A program made the position numbers and the translations under genes. A stretch of 64,000 bases of DNA from the human T2T-CHM13v2.0 reference genome, Homo sapiens: NCBI RefSeq assembly GCF_009914755.1, contig NC_060932.1. One strand, 5' to 3'. Below, one piece after another: positions 63,071-64,000 of the stretch. The notes beneath the pieces were generated by a model that saw only the letters and a program-made list of their open reading frames with translations, was not told the origin of the DNA and made no database searches. Each line of letters opens with the position of its first letter. Position 1 is the stretch's first letter.

Positions 63071-63976
63071 TAGCTTCACTTAAACACACAGTGCTTGTCC
63101 TCAAAGAGCTTTCAATGTATCAGGAAAAGAAAGTTCCATTCACATGAAACAACAGAATAAGAAAGAAGTTTGAGCTAAAAGAGTGTGGGTATAGACAGTG
63201 GATATTATGAGATTTCAATGAAAGGAGATTGGCTATGGAGATTGTGTTGGGTGGATTGAGTTGCATTGGGTTAGATTGGATAGAGATAGCTTCACCACGT
63301 ACATAGAATCTGAGATGAGGATGGATTATAGTTAAGAGAAGAAAAGGAGGAAGAACATTGATCAGAATGTTGACCTGAGGTGGCAATGAATGAAATGCTT
63401 ACATTTAAGGGGGTGGTAGAGTTGTTTAGAAAATGTACGCTGAAAGATCTTCCTCATTGAGCCAGATCAGACATCAGCTCCTTAGAGAGGCTGACCCTGT
63501 TCTCTCTCGAGACCTTCCTTCCACAGTATCTTGTATATGCATGACCTTCACAAGAACACTTTGCTTTGTAGGTGTCTGTTCTGTGTGACTGAGCTCCCTG
63601 AAGGCAAGGATTATTTTTCACCAATACCATGCATGTCTAGCAGATAACAGTGGTAAAAATAATAATAATAGCAGTAACAATTTTATAATTACAGAAGTAT
63701 ATAATGTTGATTTTAATAAATACCTATACAAAATAAGTAACATATTGGATCCTTATTGTGTTCTAGCCATTTTTCTGATTACATTATATTAATTCAACCT
63801 GTGTTCTAGTATTTTTGTTGAAATTTATGTTTGTTGAACTTTGCCATCCTGTGAGGTTGTAACATCTAGGGAATCTTTCATTGTGTAGGTGCTATTTGAT
63901 CATGATCTCCGTCTGAATTCTGCGAAATGTCTTCACATACAGCAGAGTCTTAGCTGGTACCAGGGAGCATTGGAAC

Positions 63977-64000
63977 TTATATGGTTTGGCTGTGTCCCCA
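63977..64000 (+). mobile_element. Start of a THE1 (MaLR) LTR at the window edge
   Basis: TTATATGGTTTGGCTGTGTCCCCA versus consensus TGATATGGTTTGGCTGTGTCCCCA. Confidence 0.8.

Overview
This is primate, almost certainly human, non-coding genomic DNA (intronic or intergenic). I could not identify the locus. I found no protein-coding exon, RNA gene, CpG island, CRISPR array or prokaryote-style system. The ORFs in the track come from Alu, L1 or microsatellite sequence, or are unsupported. The window holds about 44 Alu elements or fragments (J, S and Y lineages), many MIR and L2 relics and an L3/CR1 fragment. It also has hAT fossils (MER5A, MER102), MaLR solo LTRs (THE1D-like, MSTA-like, MLT1) and a ~6 kb old L1M nested inside an older L1ME. 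The most interesting signals are mutational footprints. (1) A near-pristine AluYa8-type insertion at 48991-49298, from a rare human-specific subfamily. (2) An AluJ interrupted by a ~290 bp inverted copy of L1 sequence lying 2 kb downstream. (3) A 31-bp templated fold-back insertion inside an AluS. (4) A perfect 26-bp palindrome. (5) A young truncated AluY with no TSD. (6) Long GGAA microsatellites and several candidate enhancer motif clusters. I do not see a new biological system that the sequence alone supports. Subfamily calls are by eye from remembered consensus diagnostics, and the boundaries of old repeats are approximate.
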